Shown here piece after piece: positions 47,601 to 57,613 of a DNA stretch of 64,000 nt. Position numbers and translations under genes: made by a program. How positions within the stretch are numbered: the first letter of the stretch is position 1; every line of letters begins with the position of its first letter. Source of the stretch: Candidatus Magasanikiibacteriota bacterium (GTDB taxonomy: Bacteria > Patescibacteriota > Patescibacteriia > Magasanikbacterales > GWA2-37-8); NCBI GenBank assembly GCA_943359595.1, contig CALRIA010000001.1, forward strand, positions 11,654-75,653, read 5' to 3'. The notes under the pieces are model-generated. The model was not told the DNA's origin and made no database searches. It saw nothing but the letters and a program-made list of their open reading frames with translations.

Positions 47601-48566
47601 ATGTTATTGGTTATTCTGACTAAGTCAATTCAAGGTTTTAATATTTTTTCGATTAGTGGGATTTTAGATATAATTAAACGATATGCTAGATATTGGCTAG
47701 GTAAATATCGTGGGCCACAAGCAGTAACTAGTAGTTTAATTTCAGGTCTTAAAGAGCTTAAGGTTGATTTTAAATTGAACCCTAAAACAAAAGAGATAGA
47801 TAGCAATGCGATTATATATATAAATGAAAGTGCTGAGGCGCTACGCTACGCCATTGGTTTAAAGAAACAAGGAAAAATAAATAAAATTGTTGCTGGTCCG
47901 GTTATCTCGATTTTACCTGAGACAGAAGGCGGTATTATGCTTGATCCAAATATTGATTTATTTTTAGTTCCGTCTGATTGGACTAAAGATTTCTGGTTAT
48001 CATGTGCGCCGCAGTTGGTTAATAAAATTGTGGTCTGGGCGGCAGGAATCGAGAATGTTTATGGCAACAAGAAAAAAAGAGATTTAGTTTTAGTATATTA
48101 TAAAAATGGGCCTAAAGCCCAGCTTAATTATATAGTAAATTTTTTAAAGTCAAAAAGTATTAAATGCAAGGTGGTTTATTATGGTCATTATAAAAAGAAA
48201 GATTATTATGCCATGTTAGATGATTCTTATTGTATGATTTATTTATCAGAATCAGAAAGTCAGGGGTTATCATTATGTGAATCGTGGATGCATGATGTGC
48301 CAACATTGGTGTGGAATAGGGGTTTTTGGAAGTATTGCGGTCATCAATGGTTTAATGATAAAATAAGTGCGCCATACTTAACAAATGAATGTGGCATGTT
48401 TTTTTCTGGATTAGAAGATTTTGGTATTAAATGGCAAAAATTCAATATTAAAATCAATACCTATAAATCACGAGATTACGCCCTTAAAAATTTTACTAAT
48501 AAATTATCAGCCAAAAAGTTTATTGATTTAATCAAAATATGTTTTCCAAATATTTCCTCCGTTTAA
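47601..48566 (+). CDS. GT-B/GT4-like glycosyltransferase (weak)
   Basis: C-terminal SESESQGLSLCESWMHDVPTL resembles the GT4 E-x7-E region. The ORF is open from 47517, overlapping the upstream gene; ATG 47601 is preferred. Confidence 0.4.
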   Translation: MLLVILTKSIQGFNIFSISGILDIIKRYARYWLGKYRGPQAVTSSLISGLKELKVDFKLNPKTKEIDSNAIIYINESAEALRYAIGLKKQGKINKIVAGPVISILPETEGGIMLDPNIDLFLVPSDWTKDFWLSCAPQLVNKIVVWAAGIENVYGNKKKRDLVLVYYKNGPKAQLNYIVNFLKSKSIKCKVVYYGHYKKKDYYAMLDDSYCMIYLSESESQGLSLCESWMHDVPTLVWNRGFWKYCGHQWFNDKISAPYLTNECGMFFSGLEDFGIKWQKFNIKINTYKSRDYALKNFTNKLSAKKFIDLIKICFPNISSV

Positions 48567-49237
48567 GTAGACCTTTCAACCTTTTACGTAGCTTTAGTTT
48601 TTTTAAACAGTTTATTGGTCCAAATAAGTTGTTCTTTGATATTGGAGCAAATGTTGGTAATCGTACCAGAATCTTTACTAAATTAGGGGTAAAAGTGATA
48701 GCCGTTGAACCGCAACCTGATTGTGCGAATGTGCTAGAAAAAGAATTTTTAGGCCGTGATGTTATTTTAGTACGTAAGGGAGTAGGCCGGGAAATGGGTG
48801 TAATGAAAATGAGTATTTGTGATACCGAAAATGGCCTTTCTACTTTTTCAGATAAGTGGAAAACTGGACGTTTTAAAGATTTTAAGTTTGATCGGGAGAT
48901 TTCTGTGCCAATGACTACGCTTGATGAATTAATTAACCAGTTTGGTCAGCCAGATTTTTGCAAGGTTGATGTTGAAGGGTTTGAACTTGAGGTTTTTAGT
49001 GGTTTAACAAAAAAAATAGGTTGTGTTAATTTTGAATTTACTAGTGAATTTTTTGATAATGCTAAAAAATGTATTGCAAGATTAATATTAATTGGATTTA
49101 AAGAATTTAATTTTACACTTGGAGAAAGGCCTCAGTTTGTTCTAAATAGTTGGAAAAATCAAGAAGAGCTATTGGTGGAGTTAAATAAGCGGTTGAAAAA
49201 AAATAATGATTTGTGGGGAGATATTTACGCTAGGTAA
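48539..49237 (+). CDS. FkbM-family methyltransferase
   Basis: FDIGANVGNRTRIFTKLGVKVIAVEP matches the FkbM-domain motif. Confidence 0.75.
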   Translation: MFSKYFLRLSRPFNLLRSFSFFKQFIGPNKLFFDIGANVGNRTRIFTKLGVKVIAVEPQPDCANVLEKEFLGRDVILVRKGVGREMGVMKMSICDTENGLSTFSDKWKTGRFKDFKFDREISVPMTTLDELINQFGQPDFCKVDVEGFELEVFSGLTKKIGCVNFEFTSEFFDNAKKCIARLILIGFKEFNFTLGERPQFVLNSWKNQEELLVELNKRLKKNNDLWGDIYAR

Positions 49238-49260
49238 TTTATAATTTTAATATTTATTAT

Positions 49261-49854
49261 ATGAAGATACATCTTGGTTGTGGTGGAACTTATTTAGAAG
49301 GTTATGTGAATATTGATTTTCCACCAGACAGTAAAACTATCATGAGTGTTAAAGCTGATATTTATACAGATATTAATACTTTGGAATATCCTGATAATTC
49401 ATTAGACGAAATAAGAAGCCACCACCTTTTTGAGCATTTCAATCGTGTTGATGCGTTAAAATTACTGGCTAAATGGCGCCGTTGGCTAAAACCAAGTGGT
49501 AGATTGGTTATTGAGACTCCTGACTACTTTTGGTCTAGTGTTTTGTTGCCGTTAGTACCATTTTTTTTCAAAATGCGATTAGGGCGGCATCTATTTGGTA
49601 CTCAGGAAGCGGGTTGGGCCAATCATCTAGATTTTTGGGACAAAGGAAAATTTAAACGAGTGTTAAAATTATTTGGATTCAATAAAATGAAGTTTTCTCA
49701 CCCGCTTTATCGTAATTTTATGCCAAATATTAAAGTAATTTGTCAAAAAAACGATAAGGCTATAAACGATAAAGAGATTATTAGAGAAATATTGCAGTGG
49801 TATATTTTGCCCCTAGAGGATAAAGATAAATTTTTAAGTAATTGGTTAAATTAA
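49261..49854 (+). CDS. Class I SAM methyltransferase-like protein
   Basis: IHLGCGG...LDEIRSHHLFEHF...LKPSGRLVIETPD. Confidence 0.55.
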   Translation: MKIHLGCGGTYLEGYVNIDFPPDSKTIMSVKADIYTDINTLEYPDNSLDEIRSHHLFEHFNRVDALKLLAKWRRWLKPSGRLVIETPDYFWSSVLLPLVPFFFKMRLGRHLFGTQEAGWANHLDFWDKGKFKRVLKLFGFNKMKFSHPLYRNFMPNIKVICQKNDKAINDKEIIREILQWYILPLEDKDKFLSNWLN

Positions 49855-51794
49855 TTATGTTTTCACAATACTGGGTAGCATTTTTTTGGGGGATAATAGT
49901 ATTATTTTCATTCGTAGGCTACGGACGGTTACTTAATATTATTTTGTTGCCGAAGAAAAATTTTGATCTTGGCGTGTGGGCAGCCTTAGGTTTGAGTTTT
50001 TTCGTCACCGTAGGCGGCTTCTTAAATTTTGCCGGTGTTATTTCTTTGTTTTCTATTAGAATGTTTGTTGGTTTAGGGGTGTTGTTGTGTCTGATTTTTT
50101 GGTTAAAAAATTATCGTGCTTGGCCTTTGTTTTTTCGTCAAGCAATCGAGTATATTAAAAAAAATAAACTGTTCGTTTTCGTCGCTATTTTTGTATTGTT
50201 AATTATTTTGGTTCGCTACTGTTTTGCGGTGGCCTTCTTTAGTTTTCACGGCGCTGACGACCAACATGGTTATCTGGCTTTTCCTGCTAAAATGCTTCAA
50301 ACTGGATCTCTTGGTAATGATCCATTTAGCGAGCGTCGGGTAGAGTCATCTCTTGGTGGTCAGTATTTTTTACATACGATTATTTTGGCTTTGACTTCTT
50401 TCAAAAATTTACATTTAGCAGACAATGGTTTAGGTTTTTTGATATTGGTATTATTAATAGTCGGTTTTCTTCGAGAAAAAAAGATTTATCGTTATAGTAG
50501 TCTTGGGGTAGTTTTTTTGATGGCGATAGTCGTTTCACCGGTAGGTAATATCACCGCCGCTTATACTGCTGCTGCCATTTTTTTTCTTTTTTTTAGATTA
50601 TCATATTATATTATCGAGTCTAATAGTACATCAACTTGGCGTAATGCTTTGATAATTGCTCTACCCCTATCTACAATTTGTTCTCTGAAAAGCACTTTTA
50701 TTTCAGTATCGGTAATATTGTTTATGGGGCATTATTTCTTTTACTATCGTCGTCTTGGGGATTATCGATCTTTAGCTAAAGAATTTTGTTTAACAGTACT
50801 AGTTGTTTTTGCTTTTCTCTTACCGTGGATGTTGTCCATGTATGCATCTTCTGGGACGTTGCTCTATCCAATTTTTGGTAAAGGCTATCAGGGGACTGCA
50901 TATGGTGACTTTAAACATATTATTACTTTTGATTTGTATAGTTTATTGCGTTTGTGTTTTGTAATTTTTGAAAGCTTGATCACCCTCGTACCGTTGATAG
51001 TAATAGGATTTGTGATCTATGGCTTGATGGCGAGTAAAGAAAGAAATTTTCTGTTGTTAATCTTTTCCAGTTCTTTTTTTGGGGTACTAGCGTTAATTGT
51101 TTTACTTGGTGGTTATAGCTTATATTATTATAGTTTTCCGTATCTTTTGCCAAGTATTATGTTTGCTATAGTTTTGCTACTTTCTGGTGGCCTATCTTTT
51201 CGTAGTTGGGTTAATTTTGACGAAAAATTGGTTGGAATAATACTAGTTGTTTTCTTATTTGGTTCATTTTTACAGAGGAATTTGCCAATGTTTCAAGATG
51301 TAAAAGATAGTTTAAATATTGATAGTGGTAAAATTAAAATTGGCTTAATGAATTCAGACTTCGTGAGCGAAGGTGAATTGAACCAGTATAGTGCTTTACA
51401 ACAGTCTGTTCCAATAGGGGAAACTATTATTTCTCGATTAGATAGGAATTTTTTGTATGATTTTACACGTAACAATGTTTACGTTAATGATACTCCAGGA
51501 GGTTCTAGTTTGCCACCGGGAGTACCTTTAAAAAGTGGTAGCGAAGCGATGTCTGATTATTTTTTGTCGCATCATATTAAATACATCGCTTATTCCTACG
51601 GAAATGAGGCGAATTTTTCTCGAGGGTCAGTTTCTGGCATGCTTCTTGCCCATGTAAACCCTTTGTTGCGAGCTATAGCAGAAAATGGCTTGGCTTTCCA
51701 GGATTATACGGTGGAGTTAAGTAAGACCAGAAAAATAATTTATAATGATGGAAAAAATTTTGTTTTAGATATATCAATAAAAATAAAGAAATAA
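49842..51794 (+). CDS. Large polytopic membrane protein (650 aa), candidate polymerase/GT-C
   Basis: ~14 TM helices and a C-terminal ~170-aa soluble domain. No known motif recognised. Confidence 0.6.
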   Translation: MVKLIMFSQYWVAFFWGIIVLFSFVGYGRLLNIILLPKKNFDLGVWAALGLSFFVTVGGFLNFAGVISLFSIRMFVGLGVLLCLIFWLKNYRAWPLFFRQAIEYIKKNKLFVFVAIFVLLIILVRYCFAVAFFSFHGADDQHGYLAFPAKMLQTGSLGNDPFSERRVESSLGGQYFLHTIILALTSFKNLHLADNGLGFLILVLLIVGFLREKKIYRYSSLGVVFLMAIVVSPVGNITAAYTAAAIFFLFFRLSYYIIESNSTSTWRNALIIALPLSTICSLKSTFISVSVILFMGHYFFYYRRLGDYRSLAKEFCLTVLVVFAFLLPWMLSMYASSGTLLYPIFGKGYQGTAYGDFKHIITFDLYSLLRLCFVIFESLITLVPLIVIGFVIYGLMASKERNFLLLIFSSSFFGVLALIVLLGGYSLYYYSFPYLLPSIMFAIVLLLSGGLSFRSWVNFDEKLVGIILVVFLFGSFLQRNLPMFQDVKDSLNIDSGKIKIGLMNSDFVSEGELNQYSALQQSVPIGETIISRLDRNFLYDFTRNNVYVNDTPGGSSLPPGVPLKSGSEAMSDYFLSHHIKYIAYSYGNEANFSRGSVSGMLLAHVNPLLRAIAENGLAFQDYTVELSKTRKIIYNDGKNFVLDISIKIKK

Positions 51795-51887
51795 ACACAA
51801 TATTATCTTGACAAACGATACCGCTTTAGATACCATATCATGGTTATACACTCTTACATAATTTGTAATTAAAATTATAAAATAATT

Positions 51888-52859
51888 ATGAAAACAGCGA
51901 TTATTAGTGGGGTAACTGGACAAGATGGTTCATACTTGGCCGAACTGTTACTTTCTAAAGGATATGAAGTGCATGGAATAATGCGCAGACTTTCTTCTTT
52001 TGCATCGGGTAGAATTGATCATTTGGTTAATTCAAATCCTAATTTTCATACATATTATGGTGATTTATGTGATGGAACTTCGATAACCGGCATTATTTCA
52101 GACATTCAACCGGATGAATTTTACAATCTTGGAGCGATGTCTCATGTAAAGGTATCATTTGAAATTCCTCAATATACACTCGAAGCAAATGCAGTTGGGG
52201 TTCTTATAGTTCTTGAAGCTATTAGAAAGTTTTCTCCGCATACAAAGTTTTATCAGGCATCTAGTTCAGAAATGTTTGGAGTACCAGGAGTTCCTGCTCC
52301 ATACAATGAAAATACTCCTATGATTCCGCAGAGTCCATATGGAGTGGCCAAACTCGCTGCGTATCATCTCACAAGGCAGTATCGTGAAGGCTATGGTCTG
52401 TTTGCTACTACAGGAATATTGTTTAATCATGAATCACCACGTCGTGGTGGTACTTTCGTGACTAAAAAAATTTCTCAGGCTGTGGCGCGAATTAAAAATG
52501 GCATGCAAGATTCTTTGGTGTTGGGTAATTTGGATGCTAAGCGCGATTGGGGTTGGTCACCAGAGTTTGTGGAAGCAATTTATCTTATAATGCAACAAGA
52601 GAAGCCTGGGGTGTTTGTTGTCGCAACTGGAGAAACTCACACTATAAGAGAATTTGTCGAAGAAGCATTTTCTTATGTGGGTCTTGATTCGAAAGATTAT
52701 GTCAGGATAGATGATAAATACAAAAGACCAAACGAAGTTCCGTTGCTTATTGGTGACGCCTCATCATCAAAAAAAATAGGATGGGAACCAAAAATGAAAT
52801 TTCATGAGATAGTTCATGCGATGATAGACTATGATATGGAGCATTTAAATGATAAATGA
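51888..52859 (+). CDS. gmd: GDP-mannose 4,6-dehydratase, second copy
   Basis: [56 protein letters not shown] and [18 protein letters not shown] are canonical Gmd motifs; paralog of 23301..24329. Confidence 0.9.
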   Translation: MKTAIISGVTGQDGSYLAELLLSKGYEVHGIMRRLSSFASGRIDHLVNSNPNFHTYYGDLCDGTSITGIISDIQPDEFYNLGAMSHVKVSFEIPQYTLEANAVGVLIVLEAIRKFSPHTKFYQASSSEMFGVPGVPAPYNENTPMIPQSPYGVAKLAAYHLTRQYREGYGLFATTGILFNHESPRRGGTFVTKKISQAVARIKNGMQDSLVLGNLDAKRDWGWSPEFVEAIYLIMQQEKPGVFVVATGETHTIREFVEEAFSYVGLDSKDYVRIDDKYKRPNEVPLLIGDASSSKKIGWEPKMKFHEIVHAMIDYDMEHLNDK

Positions 52860-53250
52860 AATGATAACTGAAATTAAATCAGAAAACAAAATTTTTGCTC
52901 TCGTTTTTGATCTTTCTTTTACAAAAGAAGGCACATTTCCAGTGACTGACCCTTCGTGGCCTATTCAAATACTTTTAATGAACCGAAAGCAGGGTCATGT
53001 TGTTGTAAAACACATGCATAAAAAAATCGAGAAAATTACAAAACAGCCACAAGAAGCAATTGTTGTTATAAAAGGCGAGATAGAAGCCAGCATTTTTGAT
53101 AGAAAGGGAAAAATTATTGCAAAAAAAAATATTTTGTCTGGTCAGTGTCTTCTTATAGTAGATGGAGCACACGAGGTGAAAATAATAAAAGATGCTTTGA
53201 TTTTTGCATTCAAGGATGGGCCATATGTAGATGATAAAATATTTTTATGA
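52849..53250 (+). CDS. Small cupin-like protein (FdtA/WxcM-like, degenerate)
   Basis: QGHVVVKHMHKKIEK...IVVIKGEIEASIFDRKGKII...LLIVDGAHEV follows the R/KG-x-H-x-H-K cupin pattern of sugar 3,4-ketoisomerases. Confidence 0.4.
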   Translation: MINEMITEIKSENKIFALVFDLSFTKEGTFPVTDPSWPIQILLMNRKQGHVVVKHMHKKIEKITKQPQEAIVVIKGEIEASIFDRKGKIIAKKNILSGQCLLIVDGAHEVKIIKDALIFAFKDGPYVDDKIFL

Positions 53251-54452
53251 AAGTTGTACAATGCCATTTATGCGCCTCAAAAAATCTCACAACGGTCCTT
53301 GACTTAGGATTTCATCCGTTGGCAGATTTTTTTATGAAAGAGAACCAACTCCAAGAGCCGGAAAGAAGATATCCTCTCGCTGTACTTCTTTGTCAAAATT
53401 GCGGACATGGGATGAATAGCTTTATTGTACCCGCAGAAGTTCGTTATCAAGAAAATGACTATAGTTATGATTCTGGTAATTCTAAAATTTCAGTACAACA
53501 TTTTACAGAAATGGCAGAAGAAGTGGTGAAGCGGGCAAATGTTAAAAAAGGTGATCTTGTAGTAGATATAGGTAGTAATATCGGGACACTTCTCAATGCG
53601 TTTAAAAATCTTGGATCAGAAATTCAAGGAGTTGATCCAGCACACAATATTGCTAAACTTGCCGAAAAAAATGGTATTCCAACTATAAACGATTTTTTTA
53701 ATGCCTCTTCTTGTGAAAAAATATTAAAAAAAGGGAAAGCAAAAGTTGTTACTATTACCAATGCTTTTAATCATATTTCTCCGCTCGATGAGTTCATGGA
53801 GTGTATTGTCTCTATTTTAGACAAAAACGGTAGTTTTATAATTGAACTTCCATATTTTCTAGAAATCATACGAAAGAAGCATTTTGATGTGATATATCTG
53901 GAACATGTATCTTATATTGCCATAAAACCGCTTGTCTCTTATTTCAAAAAATTTGGTCTTTCGATTACGCATGTTGAAGAAAACAATTACATGAGCGGAT
54001 CCATAAGAATTTTTGTAGGATATGGTCAAGAAAGTGAATTGGTAGAAAAACAAATTTCTCTGGAAGAAAAATCCGGTCTTTATAATTTAGCTATTTGGAA
54101 TACATTTAGAGAGAATGTAAAAAAATGCAAAATTAATTTATTAAAGGAATTAGTAAACGTACGAGTTGATGGAGGAAAAATAGTTGCTATCGGTGCGGCA
54201 GCCAAGGGTAACACTCTTCTAAATTATTGTGGAATTGACACTACTATTATTGATTTTGCAACGGATGCCTCACCTCTCAAAATCGGCAAATATACCCCAG
54301 GCTCGCATTTACCAATTCTTTCTGACGATGCTATAGATAGAAGTGTTACCCACGCATTAATACTCGCCTGGAATATTGCGGACTTTTTAAAGGCAAAAAT
54401 TTCGCCAAAATTTCCTCATCTTAAATTTATCACCCTACATATTATAGAATAA
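53247..54452 (+). CDS. NDP-hexose C-methyltransferase (TylCIII-type: Zn-ribbon + SAM MT + C-methyltransferase C-terminal domain)
   Basis: N-terminal CHLCASKN...LLCQNCGH zinc-binding Cys4, SAM-binding DIGSNIGTL, and a C-terminal domain architecture typical of sugar C3/C5 methyltransferases. Confidence 0.75.
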   Translation: MKVVQCHLCASKNLTTVLDLGFHPLADFFMKENQLQEPERRYPLAVLLCQNCGHGMNSFIVPAEVRYQENDYSYDSGNSKISVQHFTEMAEEVVKRANVKKGDLVVDIGSNIGTLLNAFKNLGSEIQGVDPAHNIAKLAEKNGIPTINDFFNASSCEKILKKGKAKVVTITNAFNHISPLDEFMECIVSILDKNGSFIIELPYFLEIIRKKHFDVIYLEHVSYIAIKPLVSYFKKFGLSITHVEENNYMSGSIRIFVGYGQESELVEKQISLEEKSGLYNLAIWNTFRENVKKCKINLLKELVNVRVDGGKIVAIGAAAKGNTLLNYCGIDTTIIDFATDASPLKIGKYTPGSHLPILSDDAIDRSVTHALILAWNIADFLKAKISPKFPHLKFITLHIIE

Positions 54453-54479
54453 TAATTAATAAGGATAAAAATTTATTTT

Positions 54480-54929
54480 ATGAAAAGACAAAAAAGGAAA
54501 GTAGATTTTAAGGATAGGCGAGGTACTATTATGGACATCTTCGTAAAAGAGCCCTATGAGCATTGCGTTATTATCTACTCCAACAAGGGGGCGGTTCGTG
54601 GTAGTCATTTTCATAAACGTTCGGAGCAGTCAGATTTTATGCTTTTTGGTAAAATGATGGCTTATAGTAGAAAACAGGGAAGTAAAAAAATAGAAAAGTT
54701 TGTCGTTTCTCAAAATGATTTTACCACTTGGGATAAAGGGGAAGCACATGAATTTATCGCCCTTGAAAAATGTGCCTTTTTAAGCTTTGTAAATGGCCCG
54801 CGCGGAGGTGATCAATACGAAAGCGATACATATCGCCTTAAAATTCCTCTTCACGAACAATTGAAAAAAAAGATAACCGATTGGACTTTGTTGGAAGCCG
54901 GAAAATTTAGCCAAGTAGTTTTAAAATAA
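54480..54929 (+). CDS. NDP-4-keto-6-deoxyhexose 3,4-ketoisomerase-like cupin (FdtA/WxcM family)
   Basis: RRGTIMDIF...RGSHFHKRSEQSDFMLFGKMMAY...GEAHEF is the FdtA RG-x-H-x-HK signature. Confidence 0.7.
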   Translation: MKRQKRKVDFKDRRGTIMDIFVKEPYEHCVIIYSNKGAVRGSHFHKRSEQSDFMLFGKMMAYSRKQGSKKIEKFVVSQNDFTTWDKGEAHEFIALEKCAFLSFVNGPRGGDQYESDTYRLKIPLHEQLKKKITDWTLLEAGKFSQVVLK

Positions 54930-54931
54930 TT

Positions 54932-55615
54932 ATGCCCTCAATAGCTGTAATTGGCTCAAATGGATATGTTGGGATCGCATTCTACCAAGAGCTACTCAGT
55001 TCTTCAAAGTATTCTGTTGTCGGGGTCACAAGAGAAAATTATTCTGCTATGAAGGAGCGGGATTTTGATATAATCATCAATTGTGCAATGCCGTCTGCTC
55101 GTTTTTGGGCAAAGAATCATCCGGGAGAAGACTTCGTTGAAACAGTAAAAAAGACAGCAGATTTATTATATGGATGGAAATTTAAAAAATTCGTACAAAT
55201 AAGTAGTGTCTCAGCTCGCTGCCAACTGGATACGATTTACGGAAGACACAAGGCTGCAGCAGAGTCACTTTGTAATTTTAGTAATAATTTAATTGTTCGT
55301 CTTGGAGCACTTTACGGTGAAAATATGAAGAAGGGTGTGCTCGTTGATATCTTAGAAGGTAAAAAAGTTTTTGTGGATAAAATGAGTCGTTATTCTTTTA
55401 TTTCAGTTTCGTTTTGTGCTTCTTGGGTAATATCAAATCTAGATCGTCAGGGTGTTGTTGAATTAGGCGGAAAGAATGCAATTACTTTAGAATGTGTTGC
55501 TAAACACATTGAAGCAGATGTGGAATTCGAGGGAGAAATAAATCATCAAGATATTGAAAATACAGATGAAAATCTTCCAGAAGCTGCATGCGTTATAGAT
55601 TTTATTAATAAATAA
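54932..55615 (+). CDS. Short NAD(P)-binding SDR-like protein
   Basis: IAVIGSNGYVGIAFYQEL Rossmann motif; 227 aa. Confidence 0.45.
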   Translation: MPSIAVIGSNGYVGIAFYQELLSSSKYSVVGVTRENYSAMKERDFDIIINCAMPSARFWAKNHPGEDFVETVKKTADLLYGWKFKKFVQISSVSARCQLDTIYGRHKAAAESLCNFSNNLIVRLGALYGENMKKGVLVDILEGKKVFVDKMSRYSFISVSFCASWVISNLDRQGVVELGGKNAITLECVAKHIEADVEFEGEINHQDIENTDENLPEAACVIDFINK

Positions 55616-55698
55616 AATTGGTTTATCTTTTAGTGATAGTTTTGAAAAAATAATAAAAATATACTTTAACCCGATTTATAACGAATATTAGTAGTTAT

Positions 55699-56592
55699 AT
55701 GGGAAAAAATAAAACAATTTTATTAACCGGTAGCACAGGATATCTAGGTAGTAATATTTTAAAAGTATTGCTTAGTAAAGGGTATGAAGTAAAAATATTA
55801 AAGAGATCCTTTAGTAATACTTTTAGAATTAATCAATATTTGGGGCACATAGTTGCTTATGACGTTGATAAAATTGAGTTTAGAGATATCTTTATTAATA
55901 ATAAAATAGATATTATTTTGCATTGCGCAACCGATTATGGTCGTAAAAATTCTAATTCAATTCAAATTATTGAAGCTAATTTGCTACTTCCGCTGAGGTT
56001 ATTAGATTTAGGTAGGGAATATGGCGTAAAATGTTTTATTAATACAGATACTATTTTAGATAAAAGAATTAGTAATTACTCTTTATCAAAAAAACAATTT
56101 AACGATTGGCTGGTTAGCTATAAAAATGATCTAATTTGTGTTAATATTGCTTTAGAGCATTTCTATGGTCCTGGTGACGATAAGACAAAGTTCGTTTCAT
56201 ATATATTGCGTAATTTAATTCTAAAGTCGGATAAGATCGATCTTACTATGGGAGAACAGAGAAGAGATTTTATTTATATTGACGATGTAGTGGATGCTTT
56301 TATGTTAATCTTAGAAAATGTGGATAAATATAGTAATAAGTTTTATAATTTTGAAATAGGCAGCAAAGAAACACGATCAATTAAAGAACTCGTCGAATTA
56401 ATGAAAAACATGCTCAACAATACTAAAACTATTTTGAATTTTGGGGTGTTACCCTATAGAGATAACGAAGTGATGGAGTGTGTCGTGGACACATCAGAAA
56501 TAACAAAGCTAGGTTGGTCTAGTAAATATTCTCTTGAAGAAGGTCTTAAAAAAACAATTGATTTTGAATTGGTAAATACTAACAATCTTTAG
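55699..56592 (+). CDS. NAD-dependent sugar epimerase/reductase (SDR)
   Basis: [32 protein letters not shown] (Y-x3-K). Confidence 0.65.
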   Translation: MGKNKTILLTGSTGYLGSNILKVLLSKGYEVKILKRSFSNTFRINQYLGHIVAYDVDKIEFRDIFINNKIDIILHCATDYGRKNSNSIQIIEANLLLPLRLLDLGREYGVKCFINTDTILDKRISNYSLSKKQFNDWLVSYKNDLICVNIALEHFYGPGDDKTKFVSYILRNLILKSDKIDLTMGEQRRDFIYIDDVVDAFMLILENVDKYSNKFYNFEIGSKETRSIKELVELMKNMLNNTKTILNFGVLPYRDNEVMECVVDTSEITKLGWSSKYSLEEGLKKTIDFELVNTNNL

Positions 56593-56593
56593 T

Positions 56594-57613
56594 ATGAAAT
56601 ATCTGATAACTGGAGGGTGTGGTTTCTTGGGTTCCAACTTGGCTTGTGAAATAATTAAAGCCGGTGATGATTTGGTAATTTTTGATGATCTTTCTCGTCT
56701 TGGTTCGAAAGAAAATTTATTATGGTTAGAAAGTTTAGGAACATTTACGTTTGTTAAAGCTGATATAAGAAATTACAATGATGTGGAAAAGATGATAATT
56801 TCAGTAAAACCAGATACAATTTTTCATTTGGCTGGCCAGGTAGCAATGACAACATCATTACAAAATCCGAAATTAGATTTTGAAATAAATGCTTTAGGGA
56901 CTTTTAATTTACTGGACGCTGTTAGAAAATATTCTCCAGATTCGACTATTATTTATTCTTCAACCAATAAAGTCTACGGTGATTTAGAATGGTTAGGTTA
57001 TGAAGAAAAAGAAAAAAGATACGAAATTAAAGATTTTCCGGTTGGTTTGCCTGAATCAATTCCGCTTAATTTTACTTCTCCTTATGGATGTTCTAAAGGA
57101 GCGGCTGATCAATATGTATTAGATTTTTCACGTGTTTTTGGTTTAAAAACTATCGTATTTAGACATTCTTCAATGTATGGCGGAAGACAATTTTCAACTG
57201 CTGATCAAGGTTGGATAGGTTGGTTTTGTGAGCAGGCTTTAAATACTCTGAAAAACAAACAATTACCACTTTTTACAATCTCAGGTAATGGTAAACAAGT
57301 CAGAGATGTTCTCTATGCTGATGATATGGTGAATTTATATCTGTCTGCTGCAAAAAAGGCGGATGCTTTAAAAGGAGAAGTTTTTAATATTGGCGGAGGA
57401 GTAGCCAATAGCCTTTCTTTATTAGAATTGTTTGATATCTTAGAAAGTGAATTAAGTGTAAAATTAAAATTTATTAATTTACCACCCAGATTCAGTGACC
57501 AAAAAGTTTTCATTGCAGATATTAGAAAAGCGAAAAAACTAATTGGCTGGAGTCCTAAAATTGATGCACATGCTGGCATAAAAAAAATGATAGAATGGAT
57601 TACTAAAAAATAG
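56594..57613 (+). CDS. CDP-paratose 2-epimerase-like (tyvelose epimerase family, RfbE-like)
   Basis: [72 protein letters not shown] and [12 protein letters not shown] match RfbE motif-for-motif; 339 aa. Confidence 0.8.
   Translation: MKYLITGGCGFLGSNLACEIIKAGDDLVIFDDLSRLGSKENLLWLESLGTFTFVKADIRNYNDVEKMIISVKPDTIFHLAGQVAMTTSLQNPKLDFEINALGTFNLLDAVRKYSPDSTIIYSSTNKVYGDLEWLGYEEKEKRYEIKDFPVGLPESIPLNFTSPYGCSKGAADQYVLDFSRVFGLKTIVFRHSSMYGGRQFSTADQGWIGWFCEQALNTLKNKQLPLFTISGNGKQVRDVLYADDMVNLYLSAAKKADALKGEVFNIGGGVANSLSLLELFDILESELSVKLKFINLPPRFSDQKVFIADIRKAKKLIGWSPKIDAHAGIKKMIEWITKK

Noticed and set aside
46877-48566. Possible frameshifted pseudogene at the 46877..47599 / 47517..48566 overlap
   Set aside because: The 83-bp overlap disappears if the second gene starts at ATG 47601. 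The two products have different folds (GT2-like and GT-B-like), so two genes rather than one disrupted gene.
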